Assembly: GCF_006345805.1 (NCBI RefSeq)
Contig: NC_043001.1
Span: 79,856,001 to 79,920,000 of the forward strand
Direction of reading: 5' to 3'
Origin: Octopus sinensis
Lineage: Eukaryota
DNA: 64,000 nt
A program made the translations under genes and the position numbers. How positions within the stretch are numbered: position 1 is the stretch's first letter; every line of letters starts with the position of its first letter. Below, piece by piece: positions 38,785 through 51,694 of the stretch. The notes below the pieces were generated by a model. That model did not search any database and was not told the DNA's origin. It saw nothing but the letters and a program-made list of their open reading frames with translations.

Positions 38785-39244
38785 GCTGACTTTTTCCGGC
38801 TTTCCGGCCCGAGTTCAGATTTAATGTTACTTTCGTTAGAAACAGTTCTGGATATAACAAACATACTACTGGAGGAATGGTTAGCATTCCATTAAGATAA
38901 GAGCAACAAAAGTACTCCATCTGGTGAAAGATAAATATCTTTCAATATGCTCAATATAAAGCGAATACTTTCTTGTCTAGAAGCGTAACGGTGAATAAAA
39001 ACAAAGAAAGAAGAGAAAAGAAAGGGAGAAATTACAGTCATGTCTTCTTCGATCGTAAAACCATAATTAATCTGGATATTGTAGAACAATTCAACGGACA
39101 CGGGTCCAAAGCCTGCCAGACAGCCGCTCAATCCAGAGATGGTTTATGTATACAGACAGGTAGACAGACAGACAGGCAGACAGATAGATAGATAGATAGA
39201 TAGATACATACATACATACATACATACATACATACATACATACA

Positions 39245-39276
<32 letters not shown>

Positions 39277-39319
39277 GTTCCCCAAATGACTGAAACAAGT
39301 AAAAGAATATATATATATA

Positions 39320-39714
39320 CTAGCAGTATCGCCCGGCGTTGCTCGGGTTTGTAAGGGAAATAACTATATAAGCATTTTTAGAGAGTTATAGCCAAAAAAT
39401 AGGGAAAAAATGCATTAAAAATGGAAAAAAATTAAGGTAAATTTCTTTTTAAATCGTTGACACATCGTAGATATTTTTAGAGAGTTACTTCCCTTACATA
39501 ATAGCAAAAAAATGCATTAAAATGGAAAAATATGATGGTAAATTTGTTTAAATCATAGACTCATCGTAGACGCGCGCTAATACCCAGAAGGGCTCGAAAG
39601 GAATCACGACTATAAGATACCCGGTTTTGGTTACACTGCACCGCAAAATATGTGAGTCGTTACGAATCTAAATCGTAGGAGACAGACACACAACTTCACT
39701 CTTATATATAAAGA
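39320..39714 (-). mobile_element. Non-autonomous Helitron
   Basis: Minus strand a|TCTTTATATATAAG ... cccgagcaacgccggg hairpin ... CTAG|t; internal ~100-bp duplication. Confidence 0.85.
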
Positions 39715-39821
39715 TATAAGTCACGTAGTTATATACACATACTTTGTTATATACACATTCTTAAAAGAAAATGTTATTTTGAATACAACATTTATAAAGA
39801 ATAAAATATTTTTGGTTTTTC

Positions 39822-39860
39822 TTAACCCTTTCGTTACTATATTTCTGACCAAATTACACC
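39822..39860 (+). mobile_element. Possible piggyBac-like terminus
   Basis: TTAA-CCCTTTCGTTAC; no partner end found. Confidence 0.35.
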
Positions 39861-41206
39861 CCTTATGTGTTTCAATTAATTTCTAACGTAATCATAAATT
39901 TAGTCTGGTTTCATTAAACAACTATAACTTTTTTATTTATCAATATATTAATCTGATTTTTGGAAGATAATTTAATGAAATATTCTCAACCAATTCTACA
40001 CTATAATTTTTGTCACAAAGTGACTCTAATTGCAGGTAGATACAGGTAAATTCAACAATATATAAAATTATTAAAATTTTGTTCAAACATTGCTATAGAA
40101 AATGGGTTATTAGCTAATATTCAATTGGGTATACAACAAAATTTTACGATTAGAATTTGTTATTCTGGGTAACTTTCTGATACCCATAATAATATTTATG
40201 GCAAAATAGGCCTTAATTTAATTTAAGGTTGTGGGAAATAACAAACTATCCTTTCTTTCGTTTTGTTTACGTTTAGCGTAATGATTTTAAATAGGCTCAT
40301 TCGAAAAAGTAAAAAGAAATAGTTTAAGGCTTTATACTCTTCTGGGAAAGTCTGTGGCTTGGTGCAGTTTCTTCAGAAAAATCACCGAAAGAAACAGTTT
40401 TTAAATTTTCACTCCATTCAGGTACCAATTCATTTTCTTAATCGCTGTCGGATTCACTGTTTTCACTTTAATAGCTGCCAACTTGCCAATACAAAGAGGA
40501 GAAGGGTGATAGCGTCAGTGAAACAGTCGCTCCCTTGTGTGTGTGTGTGCGTTTGCGTGTGGTGTATCCCACATTAAGAAAAACATTTGACATATACACC
40601 AGATGTGAGTTTTCTCTAAATTTTGCTTAATTTAATTGGGGTTGAAATTTTATTTAAAAACGGCCTGGCATGACCGATGCATTCTACTCTTAAAAATGCT
40701 AGGTAAATTGTAATTGAAGAAATCCTATATTGTAGATTTCTATAAATTACAAAGGGAGGCAGATAAAATCTACCTTTTATAATAAGATATATATATATAT
40801 ATATTATATATATATATATATTAATATACACACACATACACCCCCCGCTTGTTTATTCACGTCTTTGTCATTATTTCTTCTGTAAATTTCAACTATATAT
40901 ATAGCCTAGGCCCATACAAAACCTTAAGTAAAACATTTAATATATAATAGACCTTAAGTAGAACATTTAAAATATAATAAACGCAAAAACACGGACGCAC
41001 ACATGCTTGCGGGCTTACACACGAAGACATGATTTCATACGTAAGTATTCATCGGATATTTCTCCCACCATCACTGTCACAACGGTGTCAGCCTGCTCGT
41101 TTCACACGCATCAGCACTTGGAGACCTTGTTTTCTTGTCGCTTCGCTCTTTCCAGTCTTAAGCACCACTCCTATTTAGATATTAGTCTAGCCATGTTCTA
41201 GATTCT

Positions 41207-41430
41207 GGAGGCACATGGCCTAGTAGTTAGAGCAGCGGATTCACAGTCGAGAGATCGTGGGTTCGAATCTCAGACCGGGCAGCGTGTGTGTTTATGAGCG
41301 AAATACCTAAGTTCCACGCGGCTCCGACAGAAGTTAATGACGAACTTCTACTGACTCTTTCTCTCACTCTTCACCCTTGCATCTAGCAGCTCAACTGCGA
41401 CGACCGGCGTCCCATCCAGGTGGGAAACGT
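41207..41430 (+). mobile_element. tRNA-derived SINE related to 4164/18000
   Basis: ggaggcacatggcctagtagttagagcagcgg...ggttcgaatctc. Confidence 0.75.
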
Positions 41431-41734
41431 ATATGCCAATGAAACCAGGAAAGTGGCTCGAGGAGAAACAAACAACATGTTCTAGATCTAGATTCGGGAA
41501 TACATCGTGAATCTACAACAGTGCTTCGTCACCTTTTTTCGCTTGCGGCACACTTATATACTTTCCAAACTTAGACGGTACGCTTGAACTAAAAATATAA
41601 CTAAAAGTATGAGAGAAAAATTATATTCAAGTTACACTGCAGCACACCTAGCATCGAGCAGTGGAACACCAGTGTGCCGCGGCATATCTGTGACAGCGGC
41701 ACTGATCTGCAACAATATATAATCTAATATATAT

Positions 41735-41803
<69 letters not shown>

Positions 41804-42531
41804 TTATATATATATCCAACAATTAGGGTTCAGGTTAGTATTTGTTTTGCCTGGTATGCAAATAAAAATCCAGGAGTTCAGGAATGGAGTAGATAAAATC
41901 CGGGTTATATTTGATCCATAGCAAGCGAAACCTCGGAAGTGGTAAATATCCAAGCTCGATGTATATCGCAAGCTACTCGTCAGGTCAAGTTATCTTCACT
42001 CCCGAGGTTCCGCTCGCTATGAAAAATCTCTATCTCGGATTTTATCTATGCCTGGCAACACTGGCTGCTTAACGTGAAACATTTTTTTCAGCTTATTGTA
42101 CTTCGATACGGAAATAATCCACAGCCGTCCGCCCAAAATAATTCTTGAAAGTTGTTTTTTTATATTTTCTATGGATTGCTTGAAGCTCACGGTCTTGCTA
42201 CACCTCGATACCTCGATCTTACATTAATATTATAAGCATACATACATCTCTGTCTGTGAGGTGCGGTTCGTTTGTGTGTTTGTGTTTACACATCAAGGCA
42301 AAACAAGGTGGGGAAATAGTTCGGGAATACCATAAATAAAACGATATACTACTTTTTAAGGTGACAAATTCTTCACAATTCAGAGGTCCACGCGACCATC
42401 ATCAGATTATTGGGATGATAATATTATCATCTGCCTGATGGACACTCACGTGATGCACACTAACATCTGATGAACACTCACTGATTTTTTTCAGCTTTAT
42501 AATATAGCATATCTGCAAAAATAATACATAG

Positions 42532-42586
<55 letters not shown>

Positions 42587-42611
42587 GTGGTGTGTGGTGC
42601 GTGGGTGTGTG

Positions 42612-42667
<56 letters not shown>

Positions 42668-42900
42668 TAGTATATATATATATATATATATAAAGCACGA
42701 TTTATTCGTGATCAGTTGTTCGAATACGAGGTTCTAATGTATATGGATGTGTGTATATATATTTGTGTGTATATATATATATATAATATATATATATTAC
42801 AAATATATATACACACATCCATATACAGTAGAACCTCGGTTTTCGAACAACTGATCACGAATAAATCGTGCTTTATATATATATATATATATATATATTT

Positions 42901-43051
42901 ATCTATATATCTTATATATTAAAAGGCAAGTTGTCGATCTCTGTGTGTGTTGTGTGAACTACTTCTACTCCTACAATTTTCAACCGAATTTCACCAAATT
43001 TCATATGTGTGCTGTCTTTGACTTAAGACGCACTTATAACTTTTCCTCGCA
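42901..43051 (+). mobile_element. Possible Helitron-like 5' end truncated by the gap
   Basis: tcttatatattaaaa...ttttcaaccgaatttcaccaaattt. Confidence 0.4.
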
Positions 43052-43151
43052 NNNNNNNNNNNNNNNNNNNNNNNNNNNNNNNNNNNNNNNNNNNNNNNNN
43101 NNNNNNNNNNNNNNNNNNNNNNNNNNNNNNNNNNNNNNNNNNNNNNNNNNN
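43052..43151. other. Assembly gap (100 N)
   Basis: Run of N. Confidence 1.
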
Positions 43152-43428
43152 TCCTCCTCTCTCTCTCACTCTGTCGCTTCCTCTTTATATCTCTGATTGT
43201 CATTCGTATCTCTGACTGTATAGGTGCATCAATTCCTCCCTCTCCCACCTCTCTGTATCTCTCTCCATCCTCCCCTCCTCCTTCTCTCTCTCTCTCTCTC
43301 TTATACTGTCTTTCCTCAGTTCTCCTTGTGTCACATACACACACACACATCCTTAATTTGGATATTAAATATATACAAATGCATAAATATAAAAATACAT
43401 GCATCTATACATGCATGTATATATATAG

Positions 43429-43470
<42 letters not shown>

Positions 43471-43549
43471 TACATGCATATATATATATATAAATATAAG
43501 TATTTACATATATATGCATGTATAACAATATACAATGTAAATCTATAAG

Positions 43550-43584
<35 letters not shown>

Positions 43585-43606
43585 CTATACATGTATATAT
43601 ATACAT

Positions 43607-43681
<75 letters not shown>

Positions 43682-44311
43682 ATATATAGATGTATATGTA
43701 TGTATGTATGGATGGATGGATGGATGGATTCGAACCCGCACCACTGTCCCACTCTCTCTTTCTCTCACCAATATACTTAATACTTATTTAGTTACTTATT
43801 TGATTAGTCATGATTTTCTTGGCATATTCCCCTCTAGTTGCTGTCTCTCAGAATGGAAAGAAATGGTGTCATGTTTCTTTTATGCTTCCTCCTTATATTA
43901 CAAATCCCACGATTTTATAGTGCAGTACAATTTTTTTAATGGTTGATCTTCGACAAAGCCTGTGTATATGAGTGTGTGTGAGTGTGTGTGTATGTGTGTA
44001 TATGTGTGTTTGTAGGTATACTTATATTCATTTATATATAAATGCATGTGTGCCTGTGTGCAAGCAAATCAAAAATAGAAATAGATGAAGTTTGCTTTCT
44101 CTCATTCTGTCTTGATATGTCTGTCTATCTATCTATCTATCCATCTATCTATCTACCTATCTATTTTCCATCTATCTATCTCTCTTTCTCTCTCTCTTTC
44201 TCTCTGGCCTCTCTCTTTCTCTCTTCTCTCTCCATATATATATATAATATTAATATATATATGTATATATATATAATATATTATTAGGTATATATAGTAA
44301 TATAAAATATG

Positions 44312-44366
<55 letters not shown>

Positions 44367-44369
<3 letters not shown>

Positions 44370-44766
44370 TATATATATACATATACATGCATATATATAC
44401 ATATACATAAATGGTGAAGGCAGAGCATCTCTTAAACAGTGTCAGAAATCCGGGATCTGGAATTACCCAGTAATCTTTTTGCTAGCTTATTTGTCTCTTT
44501 GTCTTCTTTCCTAGTGTTGTATGAACATTTAATGTGGCTGTCAAGTTTTGGCTGCTTTTTCCAGCGTGGTGGTATCTCTTAGATACCCTAAATTATAATT
44601 TATACATACATACATACATCCATCCATACATACATACAAATACATACATACATATATACATATATCTATATATATATATATATATATATAAGATATATAT
44701 ATATATTATATATATAGTAATATATATAATATAATATATATATGTATATATAGTAATATAAAATTA

Positions 44767-44823
<57 letters not shown>

Positions 44824-45086
44824 TATATATATACATATACATGCATATATATACATATACATAAATGGTGAAGGCAGAGCATCTCTTAAACAGTGTCAGA
44901 AATCCGGGATCTGGAATTACCCAGTAATCTTTTTGCTAGCTTATTTTTGTCTCTTTGTCTTCTTTCCTAGTGTTGTATGAACATTTAATGTGGCTGTCAA
45001 GTTTTGGCTGCTTTTTCCAGCGTGGTGGTATCTCTTAGATACCCTAAATTATAATTTATACATACATACATACATCCATCCATACA

Positions 45087-45095
<9 letters not shown>
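44367..45095. repeat. Near-identical tandem duplication, period ~455 bp, separated by (TA)n
   Basis: 44367-44640 matches 44821-45095. Confidence 0.9.
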
Positions 45096-45177
<82 letters not shown>

Positions 45178-45274
45178 AGTTAATCCAAACAAGAAAGCAA
45201 AAAAACACAACAACGCGAGGACGTGGAACAAATATAGTATTATTGGACGCTCAGGAAAGAAGGAAAGAAGGAAG

Positions 45275-45309
45275 GTTTAACGTTTCGAGCGGAGCTCTTC
45301 GTCAGAAAC
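45275..45309 (-). ncRNA. Minimal hammerhead-like motif in a (TA)n-anchored repeat (45178-45360)
   Basis: gttt-CTGACGA-a-gagc-tcc-gctc-GAAAC-GTT-aaac; partial element copy at 5775-5855. Confidence 0.6.
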
Positions 45310-46288
45310 ATAGGAGAAGGAAAGATCCAGAGAAGGGAAAACAGAGGGAAAAAATCGCCAAATACACATGCATGTATCTGTACAGGACGTCACCGGTAGT
45401 AAACAGCATGAAATAAGAAAGCAAATGAGTTCACTACGCAAACGGAAAGATAAAAAGAAAACAGGACAAGTAGCAGAAAGAAAGACCCATAGTTTTATCT
45501 GCAGGAGATTTTAGGTACTGTGTGACCGAACAAAAAATCGTTTATTTTGTAGATATAGCTAGAAGCTGAGAATGAAGCTACGAGATTCTCACAGCTTCAT
45601 AGACCCATCAGTCAAAATGGAAGAGGTCCTGCCCCGGAGAACAGTAAGGGTGATTTGCTTCAAGAGCCACTCTCATTCTCGAGATTCGAATTTGCGGACA
45701 GCAATATCTTCCTTAGTAACGGGGAGCAGGAATATGTCCGGGGGCCGAGAACGCTAGGGGGGTTTCACTACCACAGGTTCGATTATAAACCTGGCAGAAG
45801 CGACCGATACTTTGATAGTTTGCCTTACTCAGTCTGACGAGCAGTGGAGTCTGAGCTGTTAGCCGAACACACCGATTTGCCGCTGAAGATGTCACTGCAT
45901 TTGGCATCCCAGATGAGGTGTCTACCGACACGAAACGGGAAAATTGCTGTACCGTCAGCCTTTTTACCGTCTCCTCGGTCTAGCCCAACTGGTTCGAGCT
46001 GGGGGGGGGGGGAAGCCTGCGGCGTTCAGGTCATGCTTTATGATTTCTTTAAAAGCAGCATGGTGTGGAAGGTGACCAGCACTAAAATATCATGACAATG
46101 TCATGCGAAAGAATCATCTGAGGATCTGGAGTGGCATTTGTGAGACCCACAGACTTAGAAGCGAGGCCTCGGGAAAACGCCAATGCGCAGAAAGTCGCTA
46201 TCAAGCTGAGTGCCTGTCCCGAGCGATGGCTGAGAAATCACATTATAGATGGTACATGTACAATATTAAGACAATTCGACTTAGACTG

Positions 46289-46692
46289 TTACTCTTTTAC
46301 TTGTTTCAGTGATTTGACTGCGGCCATGCTGGAGCACCACCTTCAGTCTAACAAATCAACCCCAGGACTTATTCTTTGTAAGCCTAGTACTTATTCTATC
46401 CGTCTCTTTTGCCGAACCGCTAAGTTACGGGGACGTAAACACACCAGCATCGGTTGTCAGGCGATGCTGGGGGGCCAAGCAGAGACACACAAACATATAC
46501 GCACACATACATATGTATACATATATACGACGGGTTTCTTTTCATTTTCCGTCTACCAAATCTACTCACAAGGCTTTGGTCGGCCCGAGGCTATAGTAGA
46601 AGACACTTGCTTAAGGTGCCACGCAGTGGGAATGAGCCCGGTACCATGTGGTTGATAAGCAAGCTACTTACCACACAGCCACTCCTGTGCCT
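46289..46692 (-). mobile_element. CORE-like SINE, full length
   Basis: Reverse complement of 28694-29093. Confidence 0.9.
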
Positions 46693-48192
46693 ATATATAT
46701 GACTTCTTTAGATTAATTTTTTGTTGTTGATTTTTTTTTTATTTGGCTAAGGCCAGCCTGCATTTCAGAGACATGTGATTAGTGGCGTTCCAACCATACT
46801 CAACAAATATGGACTATAATGTTGACCGTCAGTTTCAAAGAGAATTATTCCAGTTGCATCATTTATTTATTAACTCATGAACTGACTGAGCACTCCACAG
46901 ACACTTGTATTCTGTTACATCCCTCATGCAAAAATCATAGTCACACGAACATGACGAAAGTTTTTCCATCCTGTGAGGATTCCACACCGTTTCTGTTCCC
47001 CCCTTTTTCTCTCACGACTCAAGGCTAACAGAAAATACACTTTAGGGAGATGCCATGACCAGGACTTGACTCCGATGCAAATTACTTAACTAGAATTTAA
47101 TGTATTATCTATAGCTGTCATATCTAAAACTCCATTCCTTTTATACAGCATAGATGTGATATCAGTGATATTTGGCTATCTCTAGTGGGGGACACAATGA
47201 CCTTTTGTGTGTTTTGGTAAACATTTATCAATGCGGATAAAATTGATAAAACTAAATGGATAATTATCATCTCCCTCTCGCTCTCTCTCTCACACACATA
47301 CACACACAAACACACAAGCACACACACATACATAAACATGCAAGCACACACACACGCACACATACTTCAAAACCTTTAATTATCGTTTCCAGTGCAATGT
47401 AGCCTTGTCATAATATTAGAAATGAATATATTTATTATTTATGATTTGAAAAATACATCAAATGTTTGCTTTCTCTTGTAGGAAATTACGTACACTTTCG
47501 AAAATACAAAACCATTGCAGATGAACAAACGCTATATTATAACGCGCGACCAATATTCCCAGTCCGAATATTGCTGTTTTTGTTTTTTGTTTTGTTTTAT
47601 TTTTTTTCTGGAATGATATCTCTGTCTGTTGTTATAGATAATGTGTTGATGTATTATCAAAAGTTATTGTATATCGGTCGTTGTGAAAACTTATTGTACA
47701 TCAGGCAGCGAATTTGCTGAATCGGTACAACGTCGGATATATTGCTTTTCAGGCGTCTAAGAAGACGAAAGAGTAATGAAAATTATTGCATATGCCAAAT
47801 TGCTAAGTCGGTAGAGCATCGGATACATTACTTTTCATCTGTCTGCAATCTCGAAATGATTCTTGATCATTATTGTATGTCAGGCTGCAAAATTGCTGAG
47901 TCGGTAGAAGGTCGGATAAATAACTTTTCAGACGTCTACGAAGAAGAAATGATTGTCTTATTTCGAAAGACATTTTTGCCCAGAGAACTACTATGGATAA
48001 CTTCCAGAAATTTCTTTTCTGGCAGTGCTAACGATGGGTAGTACCGGTTTAAGACAAACTCTACAAGGATGGAAGTACAATTGCTCGAGGCGAATGCAAA
48101 TCGTGCACACAGTCTTGCAGATTTTGTTTTAATATCAGAATAGTGTTGACTTATGGAGTTATGTTGTTGTGAGTAGAACAACATAACTCTAT

Positions 48193-48608
48193 ATTTTCTA
48201 CATTGCTTACAAGGGGCTAAACATAGAGAGGACAAACAAGGACAGACAAACAGATTAAGTCGATTACATCGACTCCAGTGCGTAACTGGTACTTAATTTA
48301 TCGACCCCGAAAGGATGAAAGGCAAAGTCGACCTCGGCGGAATTTGAACTCAGAACGTAACGGCAGACGAAATACCTATTTCTTTACTACCCACAAGGGG
48401 CTAAACACAGAGAGGGCAAAGAAGCACAGACACACGGATTAAGTCGATTATATCGACCCCAGTGTGTAACTGGTACTTATTTAATCGACCCCGAAAGGGT
48501 AAAAGGCAAAGTCGACCTCGGCGGAATTTGAACTCAGAACGTCAATACAAACGAAATACCGCTGAGCATTTCGCCCGGCGTGCTAACGTTTCTGTCAGCT
48601 CGCCGCCT
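48193..48608 (-). mobile_element. Tandem SINE dimer (dominant family)
   Basis: Tail aaagaaatag joined to gtatttcgtctg at ~48372. Confidence 0.85.
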
Positions 48609-49649
48609 TACAAGCAGAACCGGTTTATTGGCTGAGACCATCAGGAGGATCGCCCTGCCAATGTCATACTCATGAAACTATATCAGAGCGTGAAGGAATA
48701 CTTTAAAAAATATATCATAGTGCGGTAATAGAGATGTATCTCCATGTGAAATATAGATACTGCAGCTGTTACAAAATATTCTACAGTGATCAATTTTGCG
48801 ATCTTAGTTTACTCAGCAACCATACAAAATCTAAGGAACACATTTTAAATGTTGTGAACTTATATACATACTTACAGACGCACACCGATACCATATGTGT
48901 TTGTGTGTGTCTGTGTGTGTGTGTGTGTAAAATATGATTAAGATTCCGTTGAATTAGGTACTTAAATTGAAGGACCTTGCTAATCAATTAAAGGAGTCGC
49001 TTGTAAAGGCCGTAATGAGTTGACACCTGTACATCTTTGTTACTCATTTATATGTGTACGCTTTTGCTGATCTTACCATCACGGAACAGTACACTATATA
49101 CATACAAATATACATGTATATATGTGTGTGCATGTGGGTGTAAAGATATAAGTGTGTGTGTGTATACAGCATAATAAGAAGTAAAATGGAATTAAATCCA
49201 AGAAGATATCTATACAGCACTCAGTGTCAAACGAATTTGGTAAATTATATCAAGTAATCAGATACCAATAAGTATTACCATCCAAAGAGATTCTTCATAT
49301 ATGACAAGTAAATACAATTATATATTTCACATTTATGTATTTATATATATATATATATATATCCGTAATAATGAAGGGTGAAATTAATTAATTGGAATAA
49401 TTATCAATTTACACCAAGTAGTCTTCGGCATGTAAAAGCCTCATTCGAGGAAAATTAAGTAATACTAAGCAATAAAGGGTTTAGCAACGAATTGCCTTAC
49501 CACATACCGAATTAGAAATAGCAGTCAAAGGGGTTATAGCTATTTCTTCTACTAAAAAGGGAGATCTCAGAAAAACAGCAATTGGAAGGCAGACACAAAC
49601 AGGTAAGAGAGAATGAATTGACTGCAATCTATCATACATTTTTAAGTTA

Positions 49650-49754
49650 TCTACGGACGTACGTTTCTAAATCAGTTTTTAGGAAAGCATAAGAATTAAT
49701 ATTAAATATTAAATAATTCTATCTTACCGAAACTTCTTTTCTCTTCAGCGTAGA
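49650..49754 (-). ncRNA. Type I hammerhead motif with long stem II in a (TA)n-flanked element (49362-49930)
   Basis: tctacg-CTGAAGA-74 nt imperfect hairpin-GAAAC-GTAC-GTC-cgtaga. Confidence 0.7.
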
Positions 49755-49927
49755 ATACTATAATCATAAATGATTATATATTGAATTTTGAGATACTAGA
49801 AGGCACCAACTCAATCAGTATCAGAGCGAGCTAGAATCCGCAACTAGTATCACCGAATTCATTTTGTGAATGAAACGTGTGTCACCAGCCCCTTCCCACC
49901 CGGTGTAGCCAAAACAAGATGCTGTGG

Positions 49928-49965
<38 letters not shown>

Positions 49966-50110
49966 TATAGATATATATATATATATATATATATAATACA
50001 TATACACCAACATATGTAAATATCAATATACGTATATCATATATACAAATACACACACACAACATAATATATATATATATATATATATATATGAACACAT
50101 ATACATACCG

Positions 50111-50142
<32 letters not shown>

Positions 50143-51157
50143 TGAACACATACACATACCGATATATATATCTATATATATAATATATATATATATATAA
50201 TATATATATATATATAGATATATAAAACGTTGTTGACAGTAACTTCGAAGTATCAGCCAACTAAGCCATCGACAGACTGATTATGACTATACGTATGTAT
50301 AATTGAATGCATGTAGTATATGTGTGTATATGTATGAGTGAGAGAGAGAGAGAGGAGAGAAGGAGAGAGAGGGGCAGAGAGGGAGAAGAGAGGAGCAGAG
50401 AGGGGAAAGAGAGGGGGAAAACAGTATGTTTATTGTTATGTTTACCATAGTCATATCAAGAAGAGATGACACGTTCCCGAAGATGCAACAACGAAGCGAA
50501 GATCAATTCAATACCGCTCACATTGCTTATAAAAGTGAACCATATTACACCGAGTTAAGTGCAAACTAATATTCCTAATGTGAGTGAAACATAATTTTTA
50601 ATCAAAGAAATTACGCCCGTAATGAAATGACTATTAATTAATGCTAATGACAATTATAGTTAAGAAAGGCATGGGAGAGATCTCTAAAACACAAAATGAT
50701 TAAATATTAATTGATTAATTGGCGGCATGCAGCGACGAATGAATATGATCTTTGATACGTATGGAGACTACAACATTGGTTTAGGCTTCGCTCTTATTAG
50801 CCCCCGCCTGATACCAATCCTAATTAACGTCTCGCTGTGCAACGGGAAATGTGAGCTGAGTACCTTGATGAAGATCACACTTTATGGAAATATTTATTCA
50901 AAACTTAGCATAAATGCCATAGATATTTCTTCAAAGGTAGTCGACTGAATCAATCACGGTACACGACTGTACACGACTGTATTTGCTTCATGGACCCGGA
51001 AGAGATGAAAGGCATAGTACGTCTTAGCATGATTTTAAACTTTGAAATACACCTAACTTTAATATACATGCAGCTTTGAAATGCACGTAACTTTCAATAA
51101 ACGTAAGAACTGTAGGGTATTACTTCTACCGCAACAGTGTTCATCACTGTATTCCAC

Positions 51158-51192
<35 letters not shown>

Positions 51193-51218
51193 GTAGTAGT
51201 AGTAGTAGTAGTAGTAGT

Positions 51219-51267
<49 letters not shown>

Positions 51268-51694
51268 GCAGCAGTAGCAACAGCGATGTTTAACAAAGAA
51301 ATGCAGTTGTAACTTTGCGGTGGAAAGAACAATCGACTATATCGATCTCTAAAAGACAGCAAAGTTAACTATGGCGGGAATTGATGCATTCAAATACCGC
51401 TTGGTGGCCTAGTTGTTAGGGACATTATGCTCACATCTGTTACATCATAGGTTCAATACTGTGGCAGTAGTACCTTGTGCCCTTGTACAAAAGACTTCAT
51501 TTCACGTTGCTTCAGTCTGAACTCAACTGAAAGTAAATACCAGCGGTTGGCTGGTGCCCTGTTAAGAGTAGAATTTTGTACTCTCAGTTGCTTATTCAAA
51601 CGAAAAATGCGGAAAGCTCCGAACTAAGATTTCAGTAGGTCATAGACTAATAGATGATCAACTGATTCTGTGTTCCATTGTATTTAATAAGAAT

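Noticed and set aside
38785-38920. N-terminus of the 381-aa ORF
   Set aside because: Lies in the flanking direct repeat and beyond, so probably fortuitous read-through
45570-46250. GC-richer segment, possibly a decayed LINE ORF1
   Set aside because: Only a hint of a Cys/His knuckle across stops and frameshifts; cannot support a call
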